Assembly (NCBI GenBank): GCA_963677495.2
Contig: CAXXOU010000004.1
Coordinates: forward strand, 544,001 to 608,000
From: Candidatus Cloacimonadales bacterium
Lineage (GTDB): Bacteria; Cloacimonadota; Cloacimonadia; Cloacimonadales; JAFGVF01
Length of the DNA: 64,000 nt
Reading direction: 5' to 3'
The notes beneath the pieces were generated by a model. That model worked only from the letters and a program-made list of their open reading frames with translations. It was not told the origin of the DNA and did not search any database. Shown in pieces: positions 19,470-31,200 of the stretch. The position numbers and the translations under genes were made by a program. How positions within the stretch are numbered: position 1 is the stretch's first letter; every line of letters starts with the position of its first letter.

Positions 19470-20355
19470 ATTCCTATTATATCTTAAACATGAATTCAAA
19501 TCTAATAAAGTGGCATTCCTGTTACCATTGATTATTCAAGGGTTCAATTATGTAACATCTTTTATCTTTCTCATCTTGTTATGGTCGAAGATAGTAAAAA
19601 CAGATGTAGAGATTGCCGAAGGAATACAGGCACTATTCGTAGAGCAGGGAATTGCTATTGATAGTGATGGTTCAAGACTTGTACTGATGGTAGTCGGATA
19701 TTTCATGACTGTGTTTACACTTGGTATATTCGGAGTCTTTGTGGGAATGATAAGGGCTTCCACTACTCTAAACTATGAAAAACGTATGGGCTATGAACTG
19801 TTCTATCGCACGCAACCTGTTTCTATCTGGGCACGTACAGGCTCAAAATATATAAACAGTATACTTGGTGCTTTTGTAAGCGCAATGATTGTAGCATTTG
19901 TGAACTATATTGCTATGAGTGTTATCTTCTCAACCCAGTTTGTTAACAATGGTCTTGTTTGGAATTCATTGTTCAGAGGGTTTACAGCAGGATGCATTAC
20001 AGCTATCGGACCGGCTTTACTATTCGGTTCTCTAGGTTTCTTAACATCTGCAGTATTCACTAGAATGGCTCTTATGAAAGGTGCGTTTGTACTACTAGCA
20101 CTTGGATTTATTGAAGTCATGACTAAACTTGCAGGCATCAAGTTCCTTTCAATATTCAGCTATTTGATGAAAATGGCCCAAGAACTATTACAACCAAGCT
20201 CCATCGTACCTAAAGCTATCGAGAACATCTCTTCAATTCAAGAGATACCGATTAAGAGCTTTTTCTATACTGAACAGATCTGGATCATCTTGTTCAGTGC
20301 AGTTGTGTTCGTTGGTGCAACATATATATTTAAATACAAAAAGATTGAATCTTAG
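19462..20355 (+). CDS. ABC-2 type permease
   Basis: ~6 hydrophobic segments; E...G..LFY.TQPVS......KY pattern; in operon with the ATPase. Confidence 0.8.
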   Translation: MNKFLLYLKHEFKSNKVAFLLPLIIQGFNYVTSFIFLILLWSKIVKTDVEIAEGIQALFVEQGIAIDSDGSRLVLMVVGYFMTVFTLGIFGVFVGMIRASTTLNYEKRMGYELFYRTQPVSIWARTGSKYINSILGAFVSAMIVAFVNYIAMSVIFSTQFVNNGLVWNSLFRGFTAGCITAIGPALLFGSLGFLTSAVFTRMALMKGAFVLLALGFIEVMTKLAGIKFLSIFSYLMKMAQELLQPSSIVPKAIENISSIQEIPIKSFFYTEQIWIILFSAVVFVGATYIFKYKKIES

Positions 20356-20367
20356 GAGGCTTATATA

Positions 20368-22809
20368 ATGAAGAAAAAAGTATTACCAGTTGTTTGGATG
20401 TTACTACTTACTATTGGGCTATTTGCTCAAAGTAATGTGTACAGCAACTCATCAGTTGCAATACCTGATACTCAGGTTGGATTATTGGAAAATCCTGCTG
20501 CTGCAGGTTTGAATAAGGGTGCAATGTTCAGTGCATTCTGGCACAGACAAGAAGATGAATGGATTGATGACTATTCTCTCGTGTTTGACTTAGACGGTAT
20601 GGGCTACTCAATGAATGTTGTTGAAGAAGATAACTACTTTCATGCACTCCATTGGGGTGGAAACATGGGTAATCTGTCTATACTTAGAAATGTATATCTT
20701 GGTTTTCAGTGGGACTGGAACAATGATGAGTTTGAAGATGGTAACTACAAAATTGGTACTATCATCAGACCTACAAGAATGTTTTCTCTAGGTGCTACAG
20801 CTAATTTCTTGAAAGATATCGTAAATGATGAATACCTTGATCCTGACTTTCAGTTTGGTATCGGTATCAGACCATTTATCAAATCACCAATGTATGATAA
20901 AGTTGAGCTTTATGCTGATGCAGGTTACTATGACCTGAACAGAGATGATCCTTTAGCTGAAGAAGACAGAACTATATCTTCCCCTACAGTTGGAGCTAAC
21001 TTTGTTGTGGCAGAAGGCCTTAAACTCGGAGGTTCATATAATATGGAAACCGAGACTACTAATGTTCAATTCAGCCTTAGTTTAGGTGATGTAACATTCG
21101 GTACAAGGACTGAGATTAATGAAGATACAAACTACGGTTATGAGTTTGTTTCTTTCCATGAAAGAGATATTCCTTCAATCTTTGAGAAGAACGGTAGTAA
21201 AGCATATAAGATGAAACTAAACGAGCCACTCGTTGACTCACAGTCAGCTATGAAGATTGGGCCTTTCAGTCTTGTTGACAGCAAGGGTATGACAATGACT
21301 CAGTTCAAAAACAAGCTTAAATTACTGGCTCAAGATGAGACTATCGGAGCTGTTCTCTTCATGAATCCCAACTTCCCATCTTCAATTGCAAGAAAACAGG
21401 AAGTGATTGAATATCTCAAAGAGTTCAAAGAGGAAACAGGAAAAGAGTTAATAGCATATTATGACAATATTTCTAACACAGGATATTACTTCTCAGCTAC
21501 AGTAATGGATAAAATCTACCTCAATAAGATGGGTGGAATTGACCTTCGTGGTATTGCTATTACTACTCCTTACTTCAAAGGATTACTCGATAAAGTTGGT
21601 GTTGAATTCACTAACCTTCGTAGCCATCCATACAAAACTGCAGGTAACAACTTAACAGAGAATGAAATGACAGATGCTGAAAGAGAAGCATACGATGCAG
21701 TTTTTGGTGTTATCTTCCAAGAGATGGTTGCAGGTATAGAATCAGGTAGAACAGTTCTCTCTGAATGTACACTAGAGATGATCGATAATGGCCCATATTT
21801 CGATGCAGCTAAATGTAAAGAGATTGGATTAGTCGATGATATTATGTACGAATCTGAGTTATATAAATATCTTAAAGATAACCACAAATGTACAAAGATT
21901 ACAAAAGAAAGTAATAAGCGTATGGACACAGAATGGACATACAAAACAACTTCAAAGATTAAAGTGATCAACGCTTCCGGTAACATCATTATGGGTAAAG
22001 GTAAACCTGGTGCCAATATTGGTTCATTGAGCTATGCGAAGGCAATCGCAGCAGCACGCAAGGATCCTGAAGTTGAAGCTATTGTTCTTAGAGTTGATAG
22101 TGGTGGTGGTTCAGCACAAGCTTCTGATATCATAGCTCATGAAATAAAGCTTTGCAAAGAAGGTAAGAATAAGAAACCTGTTGTCGTATCAATGTGTGGA
22201 GCAGCAGCCTCCGGTGGTTACTATATCTCTGCTTATGCAGATAAGATCTATGCAGAGCCTACAACTATTACCGGTTCAATCGGTGTGATTGGTTTACTTC
22301 CTAACTTCGAAGGTCTTTATGATAAACTTGATATCAACTGGAGTCAGATTAAGTTTGGTAAAAACTCTGATTTAGGTTCAACTCATAGAAAGATGACTGA
22401 GGAAGAGAAGAAGTTGTTCAAGGATATGATTGAGCACACTTATGACATCTTTATTGATGTAGTAGCAGATGGTCGTGGTATGGACAAAGAAGTGGTAAAA
22501 AGCTTAGCGCAAGGTAGAATCTGGTCAGGTAAACAAGCACTTGAAAACGGACTTGTAGATGAGCTGGGTAACCTCGAAGATGCTATCGCATATGCTGCTG
22601 AACTTGCTAAGATTAAAGATGAAGTTGTGATTTCTGAGTACCCATCTTATGATAGTGGTCTCACAATCTCAGTTGATATGCCTGAGTTCTCACCATTCGG
22701 AATGGAGATGACTAAAGGTTTAAACACTGTGAAAGAGACATACGATACACTTAAACAATTTGATGGTGAAAAAGTATTATACTTTATGCCACAAATGCAA
22801 ATTGATTAA
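20368..22809 (+). CDS. sppA: Signal peptide peptidase SppA (long form) with an N-terminal beta-barrel-like extension
   Basis: Two S49 domains; [35 protein letters not shown]...GLVD; N-terminal NPAAAG followed by amphipathic beta-strands. Confidence 0.9.
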   Translation: MKKKVLPVVWMLLLTIGLFAQSNVYSNSSVAIPDTQVGLLENPAAAGLNKGAMFSAFWHRQEDEWIDDYSLVFDLDGMGYSMNVVEEDNYFHALHWGGNMGNLSILRNVYLGFQWDWNNDEFEDGNYKIGTIIRPTRMFSLGATANFLKDIVNDEYLDPDFQFGIGIRPFIKSPMYDKVELYADAGYYDLNRDDPLAEEDRTISSPTVGANFVVAEGLKLGGSYNMETETTNVQFSLSLGDVTFGTRTEINEDTNYGYEFVSFHERDIPSIFEKNGSKAYKMKLNEPLVDSQSAMKIGPFSLVDSKGMTMTQFKNKLKLLAQDETIGAVLFMNPNFPSSIARKQEVIEYLKEFKEETGKELIAYYDNISNTGYYFSATVMDKIYLNKMGGIDLRGIAITTPYFKGLLDKVGVEFTNLRSHPYKTAGNNLTENEMTDAEREAYDAVFGVIFQEMVAGIESGRTVLSECTLEMIDNGPYFDAAKCKEIGLVDDIMYESELYKYLKDNHKCTKITKESNKRMDTEWTYKTTSKIKVINASGNIIMGKGKPGANIGSLSYAKAIAAARKDPEVEAIVLRVDSGGGSAQASDIIAHEIKLCKEGKNKKPVVVSMCGAAASGGYYISAYADKIYAEPTTITGSIGVIGLLPNFEGLYDKLDINWSQIKFGKNSDLGSTHRKMTEEEKKLFKDMIEHTYDIFIDVVADGRGMDKEVVKSLAQGRIWSGKQALENGLVDELGNLEDAIAYAAELAKIKDEVVISEYPSYDSGLTISVDMPEFSPFGMEMTKGLNTVKETYDTLKQFDGEKVLYFMPQMQID

Positions 22810-22832
22810 TTAATCCCCTCAATGCAATATCG

Positions 22833-22864
22833 AAAGACCACCGGCTTCTGTCGGTGGTCTTTTT
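22833..22864 (+). terminator. Intrinsic terminator of the gntR-ABC-sppA operon
   Basis: aaagaccaccggc-ttct-gtcggtggtctttttt. Confidence 0.85.
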
Positions 22865-22875
22865 ATAATATGTCC

Positions 22876-24060
22876 ATATATGGACTTAACCGACTGGGTC
22901 GGTTTGTCATGTCACGTAAACTTTGAACTTCAAAATATCGGAATTAACGATTCGCTCTTCGCTACGAATCACTTCTTCCTGGGTCATCTTGCAGTTGCAT
23001 CTACACAGTTGATGCAATCCATATTTAAACTATCTACCAAAACGCAGTCATCCCACTGTTTTCCCACTGTGCACGCACTGTGCACCCAGTGAAACAGTGG
23101 GTTAGCAGTGCCTTCACAGTGCGTGCACAGTGCAGACACAGTGCGTTGCCGGATAGGGCAGTGAAAGAGAGTAAAAAGGGCAATAAATGTAGCTAAGTTA
23201 TTGAAAAAGGCACTGTGTATATCACTTTCGTACTTGCACCGCAACGAAGTGTGGGGCGAGAACGAAAACTTAGGAATTGCGACTTCGATGTGCATTTTAG
23301 GAAGTCCGTTGCCTTATCAGGTCGACAAACTCCCTGAAATGCGGTAAGTTATTGCAAAAGGCACTGTGTATGTTATTCTGAAGCTGTCGCAATAGCGACC
23401 GAAGGGAGATGGGCGAATAGCGAAAATGGCAAAGCTACAACGCTATGAGTCCAACTCGTAAACTCACTATGACTCCAACGTTGTAAGTCATTGCTAATTA
23501 CACTGTGTATGCATTTTGAAGCAGTCACCATTACGACCATCGGGAGTTCGGGGAAATGCGTACCGGATAACAAATCTTTTCCGCATTTCCCCAAGCTCGT
23601 AAACTCGCACTGGTGACTGCTCCTGATATGTCACCCTGAGCGGAGTGAATGAAGTGAAACGAAATGAACGAAGTCGAACGGGTCGCTCGGATGACTTAAG
23701 TGGATATCTGTTTAAGTATTGACTTATCTTTTCAATGTTTTCCTTTCGGAAAATCGCTCTTTTTTAGATGGGAGACTAAAATTATCGGAGAGGTCCCTCT
23801 ACTCGTTCATACTTCACTCGATCGGGTTGCTCGGATGGCTTTAGTGGATAATCGTTGAAGTATTGACCTATCTTTCTATGTTTTCCTACCGGAAAATAGC
23901 TCTCCTATTGCTGGGATACTAAAGTTATCGGAGAGTTCCCTCTGCTCGTTCGTATCCTCACTCGATCGGGATGACATACATAGTTCTCGGATTTGCAGAA
24001 GCAAATCCAGCAACATGACACCCATGCTCGTAAACTCACACATGTAACAGGAATTACGTG
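22876..24060. repeat. ~1.2-kb intergenic mosaic of miniature palindromic repeats
   Basis: Contains the inverted CACTG module (~23036-23190), three 27-bp linkers (23194, 23345, 23484), REP-like tgtcaccctgagcggagt...gtcgaacggg (~23629-23682) and a ~143-bp tandem duplication (23680-23978); pieces recur at 6.4-7.0, 14.6-14.9, 36.2-36.5, 39.8-40.4 and 43.3 kb. Confidence 0.9.
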
Positions 24061-24068
24061 TAAGCTAA

Positions 24069-25148
24069 CTAAAACGCTTCTTTGATAATGAAGTAGAATC
24101 CGAAGGAGTTTCGACCCATAGCTAAATCAAGTCTTAGATTAATCTTGTCCTCCGGAATGAGTCTGAAGCGTCCACCAATACCAAAAGTAGCTTTTATGTC
24201 TTTTCTTTCAATATCGTCAAATTCAGAGTAGATAGTTCCAAGATTTGCAAAAGCAACTGCACCCCATTTCTTATAAAACATGTTTCTATACTCAAGTTGA
24301 TATACTAATGAGTTTCTATCTCTGAAACGACCTTCATAGAAACCACGCATTCTCTCATCGCCACCTAGGGAAGACAGAAACATAAATGGGACATTATGTG
24401 ATACATTGCTTGAATAAATCTGATTGGCAATAACTTGGTTGTCTTTGATTGGGAAGAACTTCTTGAAATCAAGAATGAGATTATTATATTCGTAATCACT
24501 ACCTAATTCCTCTCTATAAGTTAGATATCTAACACCGAAGTAATGACCTTTTGTTGGGAAGTTGACATTATTACGACGTTCATAATCCAATCTGAAACCA
24601 AGCCCTAATTGCTGATACTTGAAATTATCATCAATATCTTCATTTTGTATGTAGTCATAATCTTTAACATCATCCATAGTGAAATTACTCCAGTCAACTA
24701 TGAAACCCCTGCTGAGATTATCAACAAAGAATGATGGAGTCGTAGCTTCTACTGTGATTTGTTGCTTATAGTACTTATAAACAATCTCATCATCTTCACT
24801 CGTTCTTGGACCCATTCCAAAGTAGCTATCATCATTGTTCTCGAAGTTTAGGGTTGCAAGTAAACGCATACGCCAAAGGCTTAAATTCAAATCAGGAACC
24901 AAACTGGCTGAATAGTAATTTTTAAAAGAGTAGAAACCTGCAATAGCTACTTCAGAAGTATTGTAGCTATTATCTTGCTCAGGCATTCTGAAGTAAATAC
25001 CCCCACCAAAACCGAGAGCAAAGCTTGTCTCCGGCTTGTAAAAGCCAAATGGAAAGCCAACAAATCTATAGCTCTTTTCTCTCTTCTCAGTTGCACCTAG
25101 CATAGTAACTATTTGTAGTATTATTAAAATATATATGATTTTTCTCAT
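24069..25148 (-). CDS. Omp85/BamA-superfamily outer-membrane beta-barrel lacking POTRA domains
   Basis: Signal peptide; LGGDERMRGFYEGRFRD lid motif; INLRLDLAMG; C-terminal EAF. Confidence 0.85.
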   Translation of the reverse strand: MRKIIYILIILQIVTMLGATEKREKSYRFVGFPFGFYKPETSFALGFGGGIYFRMPEQDNSYNTSEVAIAGFYSFKNYYSASLVPDLNLSLWRMRLLATLNFENNDDSYFGMGPRTSEDDEIVYKYYKQQITVEATTPSFFVDNLSRGFIVDWSNFTMDDVKDYDYIQNEDIDDNFKYQQLGLGFRLDYERRNNVNFPTKGHYFGVRYLTYREELGSDYEYNNLILDFKKFFPIKDNQVIANQIYSSNVSHNVPFMFLSSLGGDERMRGFYEGRFRDRNSLVYQLEYRNMFYKKWGAVAFANLGTIYSEFDDIERKDIKATFGIGGRFRLIPEDKINLRLDLAMGRNSFGFYFIIKEAF

Positions 25149-25221
25149 TGTGTACATCCTTTGCTCTACATATTAACCAACTATTTCCTACTAACAAATA
25201 TTTGCATAGTGTTTTTTGAGT

Positions 25222-25254
25222 AAAAAGAAGAGAGATGCTAAAAAAGCATCTCTC
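25222..25254 (-). terminator. Intrinsic terminator after the giant FN3 gene
   Basis: gagagatgct/agcatctctc 10-bp stem followed on the minus strand by ttcttttt. Confidence 0.8.
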
Positions 25255-25273
25255 AATATTACTTAAACTATTT

Positions 25274-28200
25274 CTATTTCATAAGAATAGCTTTAATTGA
25301 TTTTGAATAACTATTTGTCTGCATTCTGATGAAGTAGATACCGGAAGCAAGCTTACGATTGTTTCTATCATCTCCATTCCATGTGTAAGTGTAATTACCT
25401 TGAGGAAGAATTTCATCTGTAATAGTCTTCACATATTGACCTCGACTGTTATATACTTTCACAACAGCTCTTTCAGATTGAGCGATTGAGAAACTGATTG
25501 TAGCTGTTGGATTAAATGGATTGGGATAAATGCCATTTAGGTTCGTAACAATAGGTGCTACAGAGTCATCACTAGTATCAGTCGGATCAATCACATTTGT
25601 GAATACAGCGTCTGACATGTTTGAATCCTGATAGACAGCAGTTATAGCATAAAGATATAAGCCTTCAGGAAGATTAGCAAACTCTTCATCAGTAAATTCA
25701 ATACCGATTACTAAAGTCTCCACACTTACCCATAACTCAGGGCTCTCAAGTTGACCTGGCATAAGTCTGAATATGCCATATCCTAAAAGGAAACCTGTAT
25801 CAACAGGTTCTGTCCAGTTGAGAAGTGCAAAATGAGAGTTAGGTTCAACATCAGCTTCAGCCATCTGAGGTGCATATGTTACGAGAACATTGACTTCACC
25901 AGTTATCTGATTTGATTCACCTGCACCATATTCCGCTGTTACTGCGTAATCGTAATGATCATTCACTAAGTCTAAGTCGCTATAAGTAAGCTGAGTACTT
26001 GTATTAACAACTACGTTATTTTGATAGATGTTGTAGTGAGTTAAACCTATAATGTCTGATGGAGCATCCCAAGTAAGAGTAACATCATTATCCATCACAT
26101 CAATTACTAAGTTTGCAGGATCATATACAACTTCTACATGACCTGTTTCAACAGCAGTTTGTACAGATTCTCCGTTACTGTAGACAGCAGAAATAGCATA
26201 TGTATAATCCCCATTGCCAAGATCCATGTCATCATAAGCTAGGAGAGTATCATTTGCTAAGAAGCTACCATCTTTATAGATGTTGTATGAGAGTAAACCG
26301 GTTACATCTGTTGGTGGATCCCATACAAGACTTACATCATTATTCAGAACTGAAACAATAAGATTTGATGGTGCATATGCAATCTCAATCTCTACCAATT
26401 CAGGTGCAGTTTGAGCAGATTCAGAACTACTATATACAGCTGAAACTGTATAACTGTAAGTTCCGTTCGCTAAATTCAAATCATCATATGTTACTGCAGT
26501 TGTATTATCTATTAGTGTATTGTCACGGTAGATATTGTATGATTGTAAACCAACAATGTCTGATGGTTCGTTCCAACTTAGAGTAACATTGTTATCGATA
26601 GCTGATGCAACTAAATCTGTAGGTTCATAAGCAATTTCAATATCGAAGTTAACTGCATTTGATGAAGCAGAAGAACCTGAATTATAATATGCTTCAACCT
26701 CATACTGATAGTTTCCATTTGCTAGTCCGATTTCCTGGTACGTTAACTCAGTCACACCGGTTACCAATGTACCATTCTTATAAACATTATAATGAGAAAG
26801 GTCATTTGTATCAACTGGAGCATTCCAGTTCAATGTAACATCATTGGCATTATCGATTGTGAATGTTAATCCTGTTGGTGGATAAGCCTGACTAACCTCT
26901 GCCTGAACAGTATTTGATGGAGTAGATTCAGCTGTGATACCTTCAACGTTGTAAGTAGCTGTTATGTAATACTCATAAGTTCCATTTGAGAGGAACTCAT
27001 CGGTATAGTTAGTTAAAGAAGTAACACTTTCAACACTACCGTTTCTATAAACAAAATACGTTTGGAACGCATTCATGTCAGAAGGCTGGTTCCAATTTAG
27101 AGAAATACTATTCCCATTCACTTGGTAGGTAAGGGCAGTTGGAGCATGCGGTACAAGCACTACTGCTTGTGGAGAAGCATTTACCGGCTGAGAAAGTCCT
27201 ACCTCATAGTTTGCTCTAATAGTGTAGATATAGCTACCATTTATCACATTCATGTCTGTAAAGGTTAACTCCTGAGTTGAACCTACAAACTCACCCTGTC
27301 TTTCAACGTAGTATGATTGTAACCCAACTACATCTGATGGTGCATCCCATGTAACAGTAACATCTGCACCGTTGACTGCAACCTGTGCATTCTGAATAGG
27401 ATAAGCAAGTTGAACTGGAACTGATACTGTATTTGAAGGGTTAGATTCACCTGCATTGTATTGTGCAATTACATAGTAATCATAATCTCCATTTGCAAGA
27501 ACATTATCAACATAGTTGAGTTCAGTTTGAGTTGCAATTAAGATATCATTTCTAAACACTTTATATGCAATCAAGCCGGTTGGATCTACCGGGTTCTGCC
27601 ACGTAAGAGTGACATTGTTGTCTAGCAGGTCAGCTTGCAGTGTTGTCACAGGATAGATAATCTCAACAGTTGCTATTGCAGTAGTTGAAGCTTGTGATAC
27701 AGTAGAAGTATATATAGTTTTAAGATAATAATCGTATGTACCATTCATTAAGTCCATATCTACAAATGAGGTTGTTGTAGAGTCGTTTATCAAAGCAATC
27801 TCTGTGTTATCTCTATAAACAATAACTCCTAGCTCTCCAGCTCCAGGGTTGGTCCAGTTAAGAGTTACATCATTATCAACTACTGAAGTTGTTAATGCTG
27901 TTGGTGGATAAGCCATTTCAATATTAACAGTAACTGAGTTAGAGTTAGATGAAATACCTTCATTATAAACAGCTTTTACCCAGTACATATAAGTTCCGTT
28001 AGCAAGAGAAGTGTCAGAGAAACTATTAGTTACTACTTCTGTTAACTCAACAGAGTTTCTATATACTTTGTAGGAAATTGGATTGTTTTCAGGAATATCC
28101 CAAGTTAAGGCAACATCTCTTACATTACTTACAACTGCTTGCAAGTTTGTAGGAGGGAGTAAATCAGGAAGTACATTAACAGTTAACTGAATTGTATTAG

Positions 28201-31200
28201 ATGAAGCAGATAAACCACTATCATAATAAGCTACAATATAGTATTGGTAGTCACCATTAGCTAAGTTCTCATCCATGAAAGATTGAGTAGCAGGATTGTT
28301 AAGAACATCTAATAATTCATCATTTCTATAAATGAAGTAACCATTAAAGTTTCTAAGTCCACCTGAAACAGCAGGTAAGTCCCAGTTTAAGGTAACAGTA
28401 TCTAAATTAACAGAACCTGTAAGATTGGTAGGAGCATAAGGTACATCCACATCTGCAATATAAATGTTGGATGCTACCGATTCACCTGATGTGTAAAATG
28501 CTGTCACATAATAACTGTAGTTACCGTTTGCAATACCGGTATCACTGTACATTAAATCAGTGATTTCAGCAATCTCATTACTGCCTTTATATACTTTGTA
28601 CCCAAGCAGACTTCTATTACCTGAGACAGCAGGTGCATCCCATGCCAATGAGACATTATCTCCGGTCACTGTACCAATAAGGTTTTGAGGGGCATAGAGT
28701 ACTTCTACGTTCACATTAACAGTATTCGAGTATTCTGATAAGCCTGAATCATAAACAGCTCTTACACTATAGGAATATGTGCCATTCGCGAGATCCATAT
28801 CTGTGTAGATTAACTCTGTAACTTCAGCAATCTCCATGAGATCACGATATATTTTATATCCAAGGAAACTTCTGGTAAGTCCACCTGATGTATTAGGAGC
28901 GGACCAACTAAGTGTAACATCATCAAGATTAACATTGTAAGTTAATGCTGTGGCAGGATACAATACTTCAACAGTTGCTGATATAGTATTAGATTCCTCT
29001 GATAATCCACTAGAATAGTTAGCTTTAACATAGTAGTTATAAACTCCATTAGCAAGATCCACATCTACATATGAAGTCGCCATTGTCTCTGCTATTTCTA
29101 CATCATCTCTATAGATTTTATAACCCATGAAATCACGTGTAAGTCCACCGGATGTTACTGCAGCATTCCAACTGAGAGTAACTTCGTCCTGATTAACACT
29201 GTATGTAAGGTTAGTAGCCGGATAGAGTACTTCAACAGTTGCTGTCACAGTGTTGGAAGCTTCAGATAAGCCACTTGAGTAGTTCGCTTTTACATAGTAA
29301 TCATAATCACCATTAGCTAAATCTACATCTGTATAAGTGAGTTCGGTTACTTCACCAATTTCAAGGTTATTTCTGTATATTTTATAACTTAAGAAATCAC
29401 GTGTAAGTCCACCGGATGTTACTGCAGCATTCCAGTTAAGAGTAACTTCGTCTTGGTTAACGCTGTAAGTAAGGTTTGTAGCAGGATATAGAACTTCAAT
29501 AGTCGCTGTTACTGTGTTAGATGCTTCAGATAAACCGCTTGAATAGTTAGCTTTAACATAATAGTTATAGACTCCATTAGCAAGGTCTACATCTGTATAA
29601 GTGAGTTCTGTAAGATCAGCAATCTCGACATCATCTCTATAGACTTTATAGCCTAAGAAATCACGTGTTAAGCCACCTGATGTTAATGCTGCATCCCAGT
29701 TGAGTATTACTTCATCTTGATTAACACTATATACTAAGTTAGTAACAGGATAGAGAACTTCAACAGTTGCTGTTACTATGTTGGTTGCTTCAGATAAACC
29801 GTTTGAATAGTTAGCTTTAACATAATAGTTATATACTCCATTGGCAAGATCTACATCTGTATAAGTAAGTTCTGCTACATCAGCAATCTCAACATCATCT
29901 CTATAGACTTTATATCCTAAGAAATCTCGGGTAAGTCCACCGGAGGTCAAAGCTGGGTTCCAACTGAGAGTAACTTCATCTTCATTAACACTGTATGTAA
30001 GGTTAGTAGCAGGATAGAGAACTTCAACTGTGGCCGCAACTGTATTAGATGCTTCGGCTAAACCACTAGAGTAATTTGCTTTTACATAGTAGGTATAAAC
30101 ACCATTAGCTAAGTCAATATCAATGTAAGACAACTCTGTTACAACAGCAATCTCAACATCATCTCTATAGACTTTGTAGCCTAAGAAATCACGTGTAAGA
30201 CCACCTGATGTAGCAGCAGCATCCCAGTTCAGAGTAACTTCGTCCTGATCAACGCTGTAAGTAAGGTTAGTTGCAGGATAAAGAACTTCAACTAAAGCAA
30301 CAACTGTATTAGACTCTTCAGATAATCCGCTAGAGTAATTGGCTTTCACATTGTAGTTATAAACACCATTCGCTAAATCTATATCTGTATATGTAAGTTC
30401 TGTAACATCAGCAATCTCAACATCGTCTCTATAGACTTTGTAACCTAAGAAATCACGAGTAAGACCACCTGAAGTAGCTACAGCATCCCAGTTAAGAGTA
30501 ACTTCGTCGTGATCAACACTGTAAGTAAGGTTAGTGGCAGGATATAGAACTTCAATTGTAGCTGTTACAGTATTGGATGCTTCAGATAAACCACTTGAAT
30601 AGTATGCTTTAACATAGTAGTTATACACACCATTAGCTAAATCCATATCTGTGTATGTGAGTTCTGTAATATCAGCAATCTCAACATCGTCTCTGTAGAC
30701 TTTGTAGCCTAAGAAATCACGTGTAAGACCACCGAAGGTTACAGCTGCATCCCAGTTCAGGGTAACTTCATCCTGATCAACGCTGTAAGTAAGGTTAGTA
30801 GCAGGATAAAGAACTTCTACAGTTGCAGTAACTGTATTAGATTCTTCAGCTAAACCACTAGAATAGTTAGCTTTCACATAATAGTCATATACACCATTAG
30901 TTAAATCTACATCTGTATAAGTAAGCTCAGTTACTTCTGCAATCTCAACATCATCTCTGTAGACTTTATAGCCTAAGAAATCACGTGTGAGACCACCTGA
31001 AGTAACAGCAGTCTCCCAGTTCAGAGTAACTTCATCCTGATCAACGCTATAAGTAAGGTTAGTAGCAGGATAGAGAACTTCAACTGTAGCTGTCACTGTG
31101 TTAGATGCTTCAGATAAACCGCTAGAATAGTTAGCTTTAACATAGTAGTTATAAACACCATTAGTTAAATCAATATCTGTATATGTGAGTTCTGTTAAAT

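Noticed and set aside
23194..23510. CRISPR array (three 27-bp direct repeats)
   Set aside because: The spacers are 112-124 bp, palindromic and repeated elsewhere in the window; the repeats are degenerate; no cas genes are present.
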